NCBI GenBank assembly: GCA_964624155.1
Contig: CAZUWM010000003.1
Location: forward strand, 1-61,396
Direction: 5' to 3'
Length of the DNA stretch: 61,396 bases
Origin: an uncultured Planctomycetales bacterium
GTDB taxonomy: Bacteria > Omnitrophota > Gorgyraeia > Aquiviventales > Aquiviventaceae
This document shows, in pieces, positions 44,717 to 54,513 of the stretch. The first letter of the stretch is position 1, and every line of letters starts with the position of its first letter. The translations under genes and the position numbers were made by a program. The notes beneath the pieces were generated by a model, which saw nothing but the letters and a program-made list of their open reading frames with translations, made no database searches and was not told the origin of the DNA.

Positions 44717-45391
44717 ATGGATTGGCAGATGGTGCTCGTCCAGCCGGTCCAAGCCTTTTTTACCCAGCTCATGGGGTTTCTGCCCAATGTGCTGGGCGCG
44801 TTGCTCATCCTGCTGGTCGGATGGGCGGTCGCCAAAGGGATCGAAGGAGTGCTCGTCAAGCTCCTGAAGACCGTCAAACTGGATAAGCTGGCGGACAAGA
44901 TTCAGATCAGCGAGATCCTGAACAAGGGGGGGATCAAGCGCAAGCTGTCGGAAGTCATCGGCATCATCGTCTACTGGCTTGTCATGCTGGTCGTCCTCAT
45001 CGCCACCTTGAACGCGCTGCAACTGACGGTGGCCGCTCAGCTCCTTGAGCATGTGGTTGCCTTTCTGCCGAATGTCGTCGCCGCGATCTTCATCCTCGTG
45101 GTCGGGATTGTCACCGGCGCGTTTCTCTCAACGACGGTTCGGACGGCCGCGAGTAACGCGGGAGTGGACTCGTCCCGCCTGCTCGGTCAAGCCGTGCAGA
45201 CGACGGTGATCGTGTTTGCCATCGTCGCAGCCTTGAAGCAACTCCAGATCCAACTCGTGGGCGAAGCCTTCCTGATCGTGCTGGGTGCCGTGTGTTTTGG
45301 ATTGGCGCTGGCCTTCGGGTTAGGCGGCAAGGATCTGGCCGGTCGCTGGTGTGACAGTTGGGCCAACGAAATCACCGCCAAGAGACGATAA
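44717..45391 (+). CDS. TM-helix repeat membrane protein (CmpX / MscS-associated)
   Basis: FLPNVLGALLIL..GW repeated as FLPNVVAA; AFGLGG; SD AGGAGG. Confidence 0.8.
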   Translation: MDWQMVLVQPVQAFFTQLMGFLPNVLGALLILLVGWAVAKGIEGVLVKLLKTVKLDKLADKIQISEILNKGGIKRKLSEVIGIIVYWLVMLVVLIATLNALQLTVAAQLLEHVVAFLPNVVAAIFILVVGIVTGAFLSTTVRTAASNAGVDSSRLLGQAVQTTVIVFAIVAALKQLQIQLVGEAFLIVLGAVCFGLALAFGLGGKDLAGRWCDSWANEITAKRR

Positions 45392-45402
45392 GAACGATAC
45401 GC

Positions 45403-46212
45403 GTGAAGTTGTCTGCGCACACAGCCCGACCGTCCGGCTCTATTCTGGCCGCGGTCGGGCTGTTGTCTTTGTGGGTGACGTCCGCCGCAGCCGTCCCCTC
45501 CCTCAACGTCGATCGCCTCAGCCCTGAGGATGTGACGCGGCTGCAGATCATCCTCCAACACCTTGAGCCTCTCATCGCCTCCCACAAGCAAGTAGGCACG
45601 GTCAATCTCCTGACGTGGGACGAACTCTACCAACCGCTCGCCGAGGAGGAGTGCCGGTTTCTCGATGCGTTTCGTGCGTTGAAAGGCGCTGAGCTCGGTG
45701 CGACCAGCCATTATTTTGGAGAGCTCACTGAACCGGATGTGGTGCCGCTCGGTCCCCAAGAAATCCTCAAGGACGGCCGCCGCACCCAAACGCTCTCCGC
45801 CCAGTTCCTGCCTCGGGATGTGGCGGATGCCTACGAGACGATGATGCAGGCGATGGAGCGCGACCTCGGCAGGCGCCTCCTCATCGAGTCCGGCTATCGC
45901 TCGCCTGCCTACCAACTCTATCTGTTCCTTTTTTATCTGCCGAAGCACGACCATTCGATCCGGGAAACCAACCGGTTCGTGGCGCTCCCAGGCCATAGCG
46001 AGCACGGGTACCCGCCTCGGCAGGCGATTGATTTCATCAATCAAGAGGGCATCAACGGCGAGGACCACCCGGAGGAATTTGAGGCGCTGCCGGAGTATGC
46101 GTGGTTGCAAGAGCGCGCGCATGAGTTCGGATTTTACCTGTCGTATCCGCGCGACAATCCCCACCACACGGCGTTTGAGCCATGGCATTGGCATTACGAA
46201 AAAAGTGATTGA
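45403..46212 (+). CDS. M15B D-alanyl-D-alanine carboxypeptidase (VanY-like)
   Basis: SGYRS, PGHSEH..AID, EPWHW; signal peptide. Confidence 0.85.
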   Translation: MKLSAHTARPSGSILAAVGLLSLWVTSAAAVPSLNVDRLSPEDVTRLQIILQHLEPLIASHKQVGTVNLLTWDELYQPLAEEECRFLDAFRALKGAELGATSHYFGELTEPDVVPLGPQEILKDGRRTQTLSAQFLPRDVADAYETMMQAMERDLGRRLLIESGYRSPAYQLYLFLFYLPKHDHSIRETNRFVALPGHSEHGYPPRQAIDFINQEGINGEDHPEEFEALPEYAWLQERAHEFGFYLSYPRDNPHHTAFEPWHWHYEKSD

Positions 46213-46240
46213 GTGATTAGGTGATTGGGTGATTAAGAAA

Positions 46241-47629
46241 ATGAGTAAGCCGACGCTGATCCGGGCGCTGGGGTTGGCGGACGCCACGTCGCTGGTGGTG
46301 GGGTGCATCGTCGGCGTAGGCATTTTCCGCACGGCCAGCTCCATCGCCGCCCATCTGCCCTCCCCTTCCCTTATTCTGCTGGTCTGGGTCGTGGGCGGCA
46401 TCGTGTCGTTATGTGGCGCGCTCTGTTACGCCGAGCTCGCGGCGATGTTTCCCTCCACGGGCGGCGACTACGTGTACCTGGAACGCATCTACGGACGATT
46501 CTGGGCCTTCTTGTTTGGGTGGACCAAGCTCTTCATCGAACGCACGGGGACCATCGCGATCTTGGGGTTTGTCTTCGCCGAATACGTCCGGCGCGTGATC
46601 CCCTACGACGAGATGACCTTGCGATGGACGTCGGCGGCGGCGATTACGGCCTTGACCGCCGTCAACGTGTTCGGGGTGCGGTGGGGCACGTTGGTCCAAA
46701 ATATCTTTACCGTGCTCAAGATCGCCGCCCTCGCTTCGCTCATTCTCGCCGGGTTGATGATCGCAGCGCGCGGTCAGACGGTTTCGTTGGACTGGACGAT
46801 CCCCCCGCTGACAGGATCAACCGTGCAAGCGTTGGGGGTGGCGTTCGTGTTTGTCCTCTGGACATTTGGCGGCTGGACGGAAGCCGCGTATGTGGCGGAG
46901 GAGGTGCGCGAGCCGACCCGCAATCTCCCGCGGGCGATCATCGGAGGATTGCTCCTTGTGACGTTCCTCTACGTGCTCGTCAACTGGAGCTATCTGGTCT
47001 GCGTCCCTATCGAACAATTGCCGCAGACCCCGCTGGTCGCTTCCCGCGTCATGCAAGGGGCCCTCGGCTCCGTCGGGGCGGCGTTGATCGCCGTAATGGT
47101 GGCGTGCTCCGCCTTTGGGGCGCTCAACGGCTATATCCTCACCGGCGCTCGGATTCTCTATGCCATCGGTCAGGATCACGCCTTTTTTCGACGATTGGCC
47201 GCCATTCACCCCACCTTTCATACGCCGGCGAGGGCCTTGTGGGTCAACGCGGCGATTGCGATCCTGCTCGTGTTCACCAAAACGCTCGACCAGATCATGA
47301 CCTACTCCACCGTGGTCATCTCGATCTTCTTTGTCATGACGGTCATCGGGGTCATGGTCTTGCGCCGCCGGCTTCCGCGTCAGCCGCGCGACCGAGCTGG
47401 CACCTTCCTCGCTGGCGAGGGAGTGTCGACGGCCACAGGGCCGTCGACGCCGTATCGCGCCTGGGGTTACCCCTTTACCCCGCTACTCTTCTCGCTGGTG
47501 ATGGTCGGCTTCGTCATCAATGCGTGTCTTACGCAGCCGCGTGAGGTACTCTTCGGCTTCGGACTCCTCGCCCTTGGGCTGCCCCTGTACGCGCTCTCCC
47601 GCCCGACCACCCAATGCCCCTCTTCGTAA
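46241..47629 (+). CDS. APC-family amino acid permease
   Basis: VGCIVGVGIF, ALCYAELA..P..GGDY.Y, GGW..EEV..P.RNLP, TP..AL, YRAWGYP. Confidence 0.92.
   Translation: MSKPTLIRALGLADATSLVVGCIVGVGIFRTASSIAAHLPSPSLILLVWVVGGIVSLCGALCYAELAAMFPSTGGDYVYLERIYGRFWAFLFGWTKLFIERTGTIAILGFVFAEYVRRVIPYDEMTLRWTSAAAITALTAVNVFGVRWGTLVQNIFTVLKIAALASLILAGLMIAARGQTVSLDWTIPPLTGSTVQALGVAFVFVLWTFGGWTEAAYVAEEVREPTRNLPRAIIGGLLLVTFLYVLVNWSYLVCVPIEQLPQTPLVASRVMQGALGSVGAALIAVMVACSAFGALNGYILTGARILYAIGQDHAFFRRLAAIHPTFHTPARALWVNAAIAILLVFTKTLDQIMTYSTVVISIFFVMTVIGVMVLRRRLPRQPRDRAGTFLAGEGVSTATGPSTPYRAWGYPFTPLLFSLVMVGFVINACLTQPREVLFGFGLLALGLPLYALSRPTTQCPSS
47390..47448. repeat. 59-nt double-hairpin element inside the permease gene
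   Basis: Homologue of 10872-10930; stem GTCGACGGCC/GGCCGTCGAC. Confidence 0.75.
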
Positions 47630-49302
47630 TTACGCTGGCTTCATGTGGGTTGTTTCTGGTTGGTTACCTTCTGTATGGACGGTTATTAGCTCGTCGGTTT
47701 GACCTCTCGCCGGCACGAACGACACCGGCTCATACCATGAGCGACGGGGTTGACTACGTGCCGGCGAAGGCCCCCTTCCTGCTGGGGCAGCATTTCTCGG
47801 CCATTGCGGCGGCAGGTCCCATCGTCGGCCCGATTCTGGCCGGGTTGTGGTTCGGCTGGCTGCCAGCGCTGTTATGGATCGTCTTCGGAGCGATCTTCTT
47901 CGGAGCGGTCCACGATTTTTCGAGCCTGGTCGGCTCGATCCGCCATCGCGCGCAGTCCATCGTGGAGATCGTCCGTGACCAGCTCGGCCCTCGAGCGCAC
48001 GCGCTCTTCATGGGTTTCGTCTGGCTGTCGCTCCTCTACGTCATCATCGCCTTCACGGACCTGACCAGCTCTTCCTTTGTGGAAGTCACCTACGGGGGTG
48101 GGGTCGCCAGCTCCTCAAGCCTCTACCTCGTGGCGGCTGTGGCGATGGGGTTGTGCCTGTATCGGCTGCGCCTGCCGTTATGGCTGGCGACGGCCGTCTT
48201 CCTGCCGGTGGTGGCGTGGATTATCTGGTATGGACAGTCGATCCCCCTCACCCTCTCTCCGATCGGTTCCATCCGCCCGCAACTGCTCTGGAACGGCATC
48301 ATCCTCGCCTACTGTTTCGTCGCTTCGATCATTCCGATGTGGCTGCTCTTGCAGCCCCGCGGCTATCTCGGCGGGTTCTTTCTCTATGTGGTCTTGGCCG
48401 CCGGCGTGGTCGGCCTCTTGTTGGGCGGCGAGCATATCAAGTATCCGGCGTTTCTGGGATGGACGAGCCAACGGGGGCTGCCGCTCTTTCCCATGCTGTT
48501 CGTCACCGTCGCTTGCGGCGCGTGTTCCGGGTTTCACGGGATCGTCAGCTCGGGCACGACCTCGAAACAAATCAGCCGGGAACCGGATTGTCGGTTGGTC
48601 GGCTATGGGGGGATGCTGCTGGAAGGGCTCGTCGCGGTGATTGCGCTCTCAACGGTGATGTTGCTCGCCCCGGGCGATCCGACCCTCGCTCAATCGCCGG
48701 ATCGCATCTATGCCAATGGCCTGAGCCACTTCGTCGAGCGCTTCGGCGTCAATCGAGACTTCGCCAGGTCGTTCGCGCTCCTGGCGTTTGCCACGTTTAT
48801 TTACGACACACTGGACGTGGCGACCCGGCTCGGCCGCTACGTGTTGCAGGAACTGACCGGATGGAAAGGCTGGTGGGGGCGTGTGGGAGCCACCCTCTGC
48901 ACGCTGGTCCTACCGGCGCTGTGCGTCAGCCTGACCATTCGAGACTCCTCAGGGACTATCGTGCCCGCATGGAAGGTCTTCTGGACGATTTTCGGAACCT
49001 CCAATCAATTGCTCGCCGCCCTGACGTTACTGACGATTACCGTGTGGCTGAAGCGCAGTAACCGTCCGTGGTGGCTCACGGCCGCGCCGGCGGCCTTCAT
49101 GGTGACGATGACCTTCTGGTCGCTCATCCTCACCGCCCGCCCATGGATCACTGCTCTGTTCCAAGGCCGGGCTACGATTGACTGGATCGCGGTCACCGCC
49201 CTCGTCCTGATGGTACTGGCGGTGTTGGTGGTCACCGAAGCGTTGAAAGTTCTGGCGACACTTCTTCGTTCCGCACCCTCTCCTAGCAGCCGTACGGCGT
49301 AA
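47614..49302 (+). CDS. cstA: Carbon starvation protein A (peptide/pyruvate transporter)
   Basis: TPAH..DGVDYVP, GQHFSAIAAAGPIVGP, ACGACSGFH, TLDVATRL, FGTSNQLLA. Confidence 0.93.
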   Translation: MPLFVITLASCGLFLVGYLLYGRLLARRFDLSPARTTPAHTMSDGVDYVPAKAPFLLGQHFSAIAAAGPIVGPILAGLWFGWLPALLWIVFGAIFFGAVHDFSSLVGSIRHRAQSIVEIVRDQLGPRAHALFMGFVWLSLLYVIIAFTDLTSSSFVEVTYGGGVASSSSLYLVAAVAMGLCLYRLRLPLWLATAVFLPVVAWIIWYGQSIPLTLSPIGSIRPQLLWNGIILAYCFVASIIPMWLLLQPRGYLGGFFLYVVLAAGVVGLLLGGEHIKYPAFLGWTSQRGLPLFPMLFVTVACGACSGFHGIVSSGTTSKQISREPDCRLVGYGGMLLEGLVAVIALSTVMLLAPGDPTLAQSPDRIYANGLSHFVERFGVNRDFARSFALLAFATFIYDTLDVATRLGRYVLQELTGWKGWWGRVGATLCTLVLPALCVSLTIRDSSGTIVPAWKVFWTIFGTSNQLLAALTLLTITVWLKRSNRPWWLTAAPAAFMVTMTFWSLILTARPWITALFQGRATIDWIAVTALVLMVLAVLVVTEALKVLATLLRSAPSPSSRTA

Positions 49303-49317
49303 GAGCGTTTTCGACCC

Positions 49318-50670
49318 TCATCGGGCGTTCTCTCGTACGAACTGCTCCACAAGCGGCCGAACCATTCGTTCTTTGGACAGCGGAAAGAAGTCGAAGAGCA
49401 TACAAAGCTCACTGACTGTTGAATGGACTAAATCGATCAGCTTGGGTTCAATGTCTTTCAGACGTTCTTTAATCCATGCCTCCGCTTCATCCTCAATACA
49501 CACTCGTTGAGTGTGCATCGTCATCGCCCGTCCAGGGTCACCTGCCGATAGGACCCGGCTTCGAAGCCCAGTGTACCGGATTCTGATCACGACTTTCTGT
49601 TCAGGTCCTACGTGAAGGGTTCGATACAGCCGGCTGATTCGCATGAGGGTTTCTGCGGTGCGGACAATCCGCGTATCCACGAAAATCTTCCCTTCGGATC
49701 GCTCATCTTCAAACAGCGTCTTCAGGAGATAAAACACCCGGTCTGTCCGAAGCGCCCAGTAGTCGAACGAAGATCGGCCCGTTAGTCCACCGGTCAGAAT
49801 GGTGGCTCGGATTCCGTCCTTATGAGGCTTTGGCGCATCTGCCGGTCGAGTCATTACCAGCCCGATCGGCCATCCGAATGAATGTACCTGGGTCTGCTCC
49901 ATGGCTCGCCGCAGCTCATCCTGCCGAAATTGCAGGGTTGTGTCCGGCGTCTGTCCCGTCGCTACTTTCCACGCGTCCTGCTGTGCGTTAACCACGGTAT
50001 CTGGAAGATAGGCGAGCACTTCCATCAAGCATTTGTCAAGTTGCCGAGTCTTCGCGATACCAAGCGCCTCTCGCCGCTCCTGCTCAACCCATGCTTTGAG
50101 GTTGTTGTACTCATCAGCAACTTTGACCTCTTCCGCATGGGCTTGGCGCGGTGGCCTCAAGATAAAATCAAAGTCACAGCCTGCCTTGCTCGCAAATCTC
50201 CGGAGATAGTCGATCGTGATCTTCTCCCGTCCTTGTTCGATTCCGGAGACGAACTGCTGGCTGCAGCCGAGCATCTCAGCCACTTCTCCTTGTGAGAGGT
50301 GCAGGGCTTCTCGACACTGGCGCAACTTGCTGGTCAATTCTTCAATGAACGGGTCAGGCTCACGAGGCTGCCTCTGGCGAAGCCTTACTCCGGAATGCTT
50401 AAACTCGCGGCTATACCGCTCGTAGGTGGCTCGCCAGAACGCCCCTTTCTCCTTGGTCCATTCATCCTTATTGACCTCTTGCTGGATGGCGTAGAACCGA
50501 CGACAAAATGCCAGCGGCTTAATCAAGGAGAACACCTGCTCAGGATCATCAACTCGTGCCAACAGGCGGGCAGCCACCCGGGGAAATTTGGGATTCTGCT
50601 CATCGGTCAAGATGTCCCGAATCTTCTCGATCGGCATGCCTAAATCCCAATACCAATTCTCACGTTTCAT
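49318..50670 (-). CDS. XRE HTH-containing multidomain protein with a large uncharacterised C-terminal domain
   Basis: Central LSQGEVAEMLGCSQQFVSGIEQG; ATGA overlap with the upstream NTase; AT-richer. Confidence 0.75.
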   Translation of the reverse strand: MKRENWYWDLGMPIEKIRDILTDEQNPKFPRVAARLLARVDDPEQVFSLIKPLAFCRRFYAIQQEVNKDEWTKEKGAFWRATYERYSREFKHSGVRLRQRQPREPDPFIEELTSKLRQCREALHLSQGEVAEMLGCSQQFVSGIEQGREKITIDYLRRFASKAGCDFDFILRPPRQAHAEEVKVADEYNNLKAWVEQERREALGIAKTRQLDKCLMEVLAYLPDTVVNAQQDAWKVATGQTPDTTLQFRQDELRRAMEQTQVHSFGWPIGLVMTRPADAPKPHKDGIRATILTGGLTGRSSFDYWALRTDRVFYLLKTLFEDERSEGKIFVDTRIVRTAETLMRISRLYRTLHVGPEQKVVIRIRYTGLRSRVLSAGDPGRAMTMHTQRVCIEDEAEAWIKERLKDIEPKLIDLVHSTVSELCMLFDFFPLSKERMVRPLVEQFVRENAR

Positions 50671-51368
50671 GTGGTCACGTAGCGACGGTTCAGACGCTCA
50701 TACACCTGCTGTTCCATGTGTCGCATGATTTGCTTGATATTACCCTCTGGCGCAATATCAAGCAGGTCAAACGTGGTCCCTTGACCTGTCATCGCTTGCA
50801 GCCACCGCGTCAGCCGCTGATAGTCCTGACGGCCAAAATGGGTTGGAAACCACTCGTGCAGCGGTGCATAGTGTGTCGAAAGATACCACAGGTCAAAAAG
50901 GTCTTTGGCGTAGTCTCTCCCTCCGGCAAGCCGTTGTCCAGTTGAAGATACTTTGTCGGTCCATCCGATGACAGCACGAACCTTTCGCAGGTAAATGTCA
51001 TCCATTGACGCGATACCATCCTGCTCAACCGGCTGCAGCAATGGATCAAAGTCTTCGATGATGTCTACCTTCACAAATATTCCCTTAGCAACATTGAATT
51101 CGTAGACCGCCACCTTCGCAAGACGAGGCCTGATCCGTTCGTCCAAGAGGCGGAATGAAAACCCTGTTGCTCGCTCAATGCACTTGCCAAGCGTTCGGTG
51201 CAACTTGTGGCTCCATTGTTGAGTGAAGAAATCGATATCTTCCGAGTAACGATGCCGACAACGGATCGCAAGGGCCGTTCCTGCCGCCAGATAAACACCA
51301 AGATTAGCCGCAGTGACAGCCTTGAGCATTCTCTTCTGCACTTCAATGATAGTTTGATTGATAGACAT
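50667..51368 (-). CDS. AbiEii/AbiGii-like nucleotidyltransferase
   Basis: YLAAGTALA..HRYSEDIDFF, KVDII, KDLFDLWYL. Confidence 0.85.
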   Translation of the reverse strand: MSINQTIIEVQKRMLKAVTAANLGVYLAAGTALAIRCRHRYSEDIDFFTQQWSHKLHRTLGKCIERATGFSFRLLDERIRPRLAKVAVYEFNVAKGIFVKVDIIEDFDPLLQPVEQDGIASMDDIYLRKVRAVIGWTDKVSSTGQRLAGGRDYAKDLFDLWYLSTHYAPLHEWFPTHFGRQDYQRLTRWLQAMTGQGTTFDLLDIAPEGNIKQIMRHMEQQVYERLNRRYVTT

Positions 51369-51377
51369 GCTATACCT

Positions 51378-51432
51378 AGTATATACTCTTATTTATAGCA
51401 CAGTCAATCTTATAAAACAAGCTATAGCTTGT
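51378..51432 (-). promoter_or_regulatory. Promoter plus 16-bp perfect palindrome (candidate operator)
   Basis: TTGACT(51407)-N18-TATACT; ACAAGCTATAGCTTGT at 51417-51432. Confidence 0.6.
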
Positions 51433-51468
51433 ATACAAAAGACGCAAAACAACCGAGGGGTAAACGAA

Positions 51469-51810
51469 TTAGATCAAATCCGCGGGGGAAGCGGGACTGG
51501 CGGAAGGTGAGGAGGAAGACGGGAGGCTTCCGAGGACATCTTGGATGATTCGCTCCACGTCATCCTGCGTGACGCCATAGTACCACACGTTGTCGGGGAA
51601 GACCATGACGTTCGGGCCTTTCGCGCAGAGATCCTGGCAGCCCGACTTGCTGACCCGAACGATGCGAGATAACCCCAAGGCCTTGATGCGCTCCTTGAGT
51701 TGAGCCGCAATCGTCTCGCTCTCCCGATGGGCGCAGCAGATCTCGTTCCCCGCTCGTCGATTGATACACACAAAGAGGATCTTCTGATACGGAACGCGCG
51801 CCTGTTCCAT
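51469..51810 (-). CDS. Thioredoxin-like [2Fe-2S] ferredoxin
   Basis: FVCINRR..CC..SGCQDLCAKGP.V.VFPDNVWY. Confidence 0.9.
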   Translation of the reverse strand: MEQARVPYQKILFVCINRRAGNEICCAHRESETIAAQLKERIKALGLSRIVRVSKSGCQDLCAKGPNVMVFPDNVWYYGVTQDDVERIIQDVLGSLPSSSSPSASPASPADLI

Positions 51811-53045
51811 CAGGATCCGTTGAGGTTGATCATGTCTTCAGAGCGGCCGAGTGTCAAGAACATCATGAGGTAATCGCGCAAGTGACGGGTTAAGAGGAAA
51901 TTCTGCCGCACGTGCTCCCGCCCGTTCTCCCCAAGCTGTTTCGCAAATTCGGGGTTGCGCAAACATTGCTTGATCGCGTGCGCCGTCCCTTCGATGCTGT
52001 GCACCAGAAGCCCGCTGTAGCGATGCTTCACCTGCAGCGGAATGCCTCCGACGGCTGAGGCGACCACCGGCTTGCACTTCCACAGGGCCTCAGCCACCGT
52101 TAAGCCGAATCCTTCACGAAGCGATTTCTGCACGATCACCGTCGAACCTCGCTGGAGGGCGTTGATCTCCGTGTGGCTGTCGGGAGGCAACATCAACAGG
52201 TGGATATCGGGATCGTCGGCCACGCGTTCCCGCACGCGCGCGAGCACCTCCTCGCCCTCAGGGTCATCACTGGCCGGCCCGCCGGCCAGGACGAGCCGAC
52301 ACCGCATCGTCCGACGCACCAGGCGAAAGGCCTCCACGACCCCCACAGGATCTTTGAGATAGTCGAATCGAGAAACCTGGGTGATGATCGGCCGATCCTG
52401 CGGAATGCCCAGACGTCCGAAGACGGCCTTGATCGCCTCCGGCTCGAGCTCCCGGTTCTTGTCGCTGAGCGGATCAATGGAGGGGGCGATCAAGATTTGC
52501 CGAAGGGACGGTGACCTGGCAAACGCAGGCGCGGAGTACACGGCCGCGTCGTATTGTTGGACGTAGGGGCGCAGGAACTCCCACGCCTCCCGCTGGGCGT
52601 AGGTGAGATCAATGTGACATCGCCACACCCAGTGTCGGCCGACCGTTCGACGCCCCTCAACCAGAGCGATCGGCTGCGGATCGTGGATGAAGATGATGTC
52701 CGTGTCAAGATTCAACCGTGAGAGATTGCGACGGTTGACCTCGATGAGCGTCTGGCGCATGTCCGGCGTGATGGTTTCAGGATTCCCGTGCAAGGCGTTG
52801 TGAAGTCTCTTGGTTGCCTGATAGAAGCCGGCCGGGCCTTCCAAGACCTCCCACCGGGCGTCGAGTCCCAATTCACCGAGCAGCGGGATCATGCGATGCA
52901 AGATCTCCGCCACCCCACCGCCTGTTTTCGTGGCATTGACGCAACAGATCCTGCGACCCGCGAGGCGATCGGCCAGCAACCGTAGCTCTCGGAGCGTGCT
53001 GGGCCCGACGAACGGGCGATACTGATCCAATCCCTGCGTGCTCAT
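51810..53045 (-). CDS. treT: GT4 trehalose glycosyltransferring synthase (TreT-like)
   Basis: NAT..GGGVAEIL, IHDPQP, WRCHID, QVSRFD.LKDP.GV, EGFGLTV.EA.WK. Confidence 0.88.
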   Translation of the reverse strand: MSTQGLDQYRPFVGPSTLRELRLLADRLAGRRICCVNATKTGGGVAEILHRMIPLLGELGLDARWEVLEGPAGFYQATKRLHNALHGNPETITPDMRQTLIEVNRRNLSRLNLDTDIIFIHDPQPIALVEGRRTVGRHWVWRCHIDLTYAQREAWEFLRPYVQQYDAAVYSAPAFARSPSLRQILIAPSIDPLSDKNRELEPEAIKAVFGRLGIPQDRPIITQVSRFDYLKDPVGVVEAFRLVRRTMRCRLVLAGGPASDDPEGEEVLARVRERVADDPDIHLLMLPPDSHTEINALQRGSTVIVQKSLREGFGLTVAEALWKCKPVVASAVGGIPLQVKHRYSGLLVHSIEGTAHAIKQCLRNPEFAKQLGENGREHVRQNFLLTRHLRDYLMMFLTLGRSEDMINLNGS

Positions 53046-53746
53046 GCGTGCAACCGCTGTCTCACCAACGCGATCATCATGGAGCGCAGGGTCTCCAGGC
53101 TATGCGCATACGGATCCAGGGCCACGAGCTCCTTGGCCAACGTCGTCTCGCCGAGCTGCTCCTCACACCATCGAGCGAAATCGTTCGTCGAGCGACCCAG
53201 GCGCAGCCGCGCATCGAAGATATGGAAGTAGAGCGACGACAAACTGACGCGAGCCAGCGCATCGGCGAACTCAGACAAGCTCGATGCGGTTTCCTCCGTC
53301 GGCATGACCACCTGGACGGACTTGAGGAAGAAAAACTCCTCGCCTTCGCTGACGAATCGGAAACGAGCCGCGGGATGCTGCGCCAGATGGTCTTCGATCG
53401 TTTTGATGAGAACGCGGCGGATCTGCTCGAGAGAATCGAATTCGAGGATGTCAATGCTCGCCAATCGCTCTCCTAACGCTTCATCCCCCAACACCTCCGT
53501 GACCCAATACGCGAAGTCATGGGTGGGCTCGGGAGTCAGGTAGTGGTGGCTCAACAAGAAGTAGTGGGTGTGGTGGTAGATGCACGCTTCCGGGACCTGA
53601 CGGAGCAGCTTGACCAAGCGTGGCAGGGTGGCGGCGCGTAATCCCGTCGCCTCTTGAAGGACGAAACTGGTATGGAAGCGAAACGGCGCGGAGGCGGTCA
53701 CTGTGCGGGGACGTGCGTGCGCCACGTCACGAGACGGTTCAGCCAT
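53042..53746 (-). CDS. DUF5752-like protein (usual TreT partner)
   Basis: Internal duplication: IYHH..DFAYWV...LGERLA and LYFH..NDFARW...LA..LDPY. Confidence 0.75.
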   Translation of the reverse strand: MAEPSRDVAHARPRTVTASAPFRFHTSFVLQEATGLRAATLPRLVKLLRQVPEACIYHHTHYFLLSHHYLTPEPTHDFAYWVTEVLGDEALGERLASIDILEFDSLEQIRRVLIKTIEDHLAQHPAARFRFVSEGEEFFFLKSVQVVMPTEETASSLSEFADALARVSLSSLYFHIFDARLRLGRSTNDFARWCEEQLGETTLAKELVALDPYAHSLETLRSMMIALVRQRLHA

Positions 53747-54513
53747 TGTGTCACCTCACGCGGTGTGCGCAACCGATACATCGCCGCCGTTCGTCGGCTT
53801 GGTCGTCCGACCAATACCGAGATGCCGTGACGACGGTTGACAACACGAAACGCATCCTCATCGGTCTGATCATCGCCCACATACACCACAAGGGGCAGCC
53901 GCCAACGAGTCCGTCCAGGCCTCGGCGTGTCGAGGATCCAGCTGATGATCCGGCCTTTGTCCCATGTCACCGGCGGGCGGATCTCAATGACCCGCTTGCC
54001 GCGTGTGATCCGAACCGTCCCGCTTCGGCGATACGGAGCAAGACAGCGGCCCGCAAGACGGTGAAACGCTCGTAAGGCCGCCTGAGGGACATTCCGCCAA
54101 TGAAGACTCAACGTCAATCCTTTGTCTTCCACCTCTACGCCACGAATCGGCCCCAGCACCTTTCGTAGGTGTGTGGCCATCCGTTTGAGAAGCGGTCGTC
54201 TTGCGTTGGCGACGGGATTGAGATAGCGCAGCCGAGGGCCCTGAAGTGCTAACCCGTGGTTGCCGACATAGTAGAGACCGCGAAGACCGACCCGTCGTTG
54301 CAGGTCTCGCAATGCCCTGCCGCTGACCAGCACCACGCGAACGCCTGGGAGAGTCGCCAGGCGTTTGAGCAACGGTTTGGTCCTGCCCGAGAGCCGAGCG
54401 TCCCAGGGATGCTTGACGATGGGGGTCAACGTCCCGTCATAATCCACACACAGCAGCAACGATGCCGAGGAGGCGATACGTCGTCGGACGGGATGGTCAA
54501 CCAACTCCCGCAT
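53698..54513 (-). CDS. otsB: Trehalose-6-phosphate phosphatase
   Basis: DYDGTL, VSGR, GNHG, EDKG.T.S.HWR, EIRP..WDKG, GDDQTDEDAF. Confidence 0.93.
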   Translation of the reverse strand: MRELVDHPVRRRIASSASLLLCVDYDGTLTPIVKHPWDARLSGRTKPLLKRLATLPGVRVVLVSGRALRDLQRRVGLRGLYYVGNHGLALQGPRLRYLNPVANARRPLLKRMATHLRKVLGPIRGVEVEDKGLTLSLHWRNVPQAALRAFHRLAGRCLAPYRRSGTVRITRGKRVIEIRPPVTWDKGRIISWILDTPRPGRTRWRLPLVVYVGDDQTDEDAFRVVNRRHGISVLVGRPSRRTAAMYRLRTPREVTQWLNRLVTWRTHVPAQ

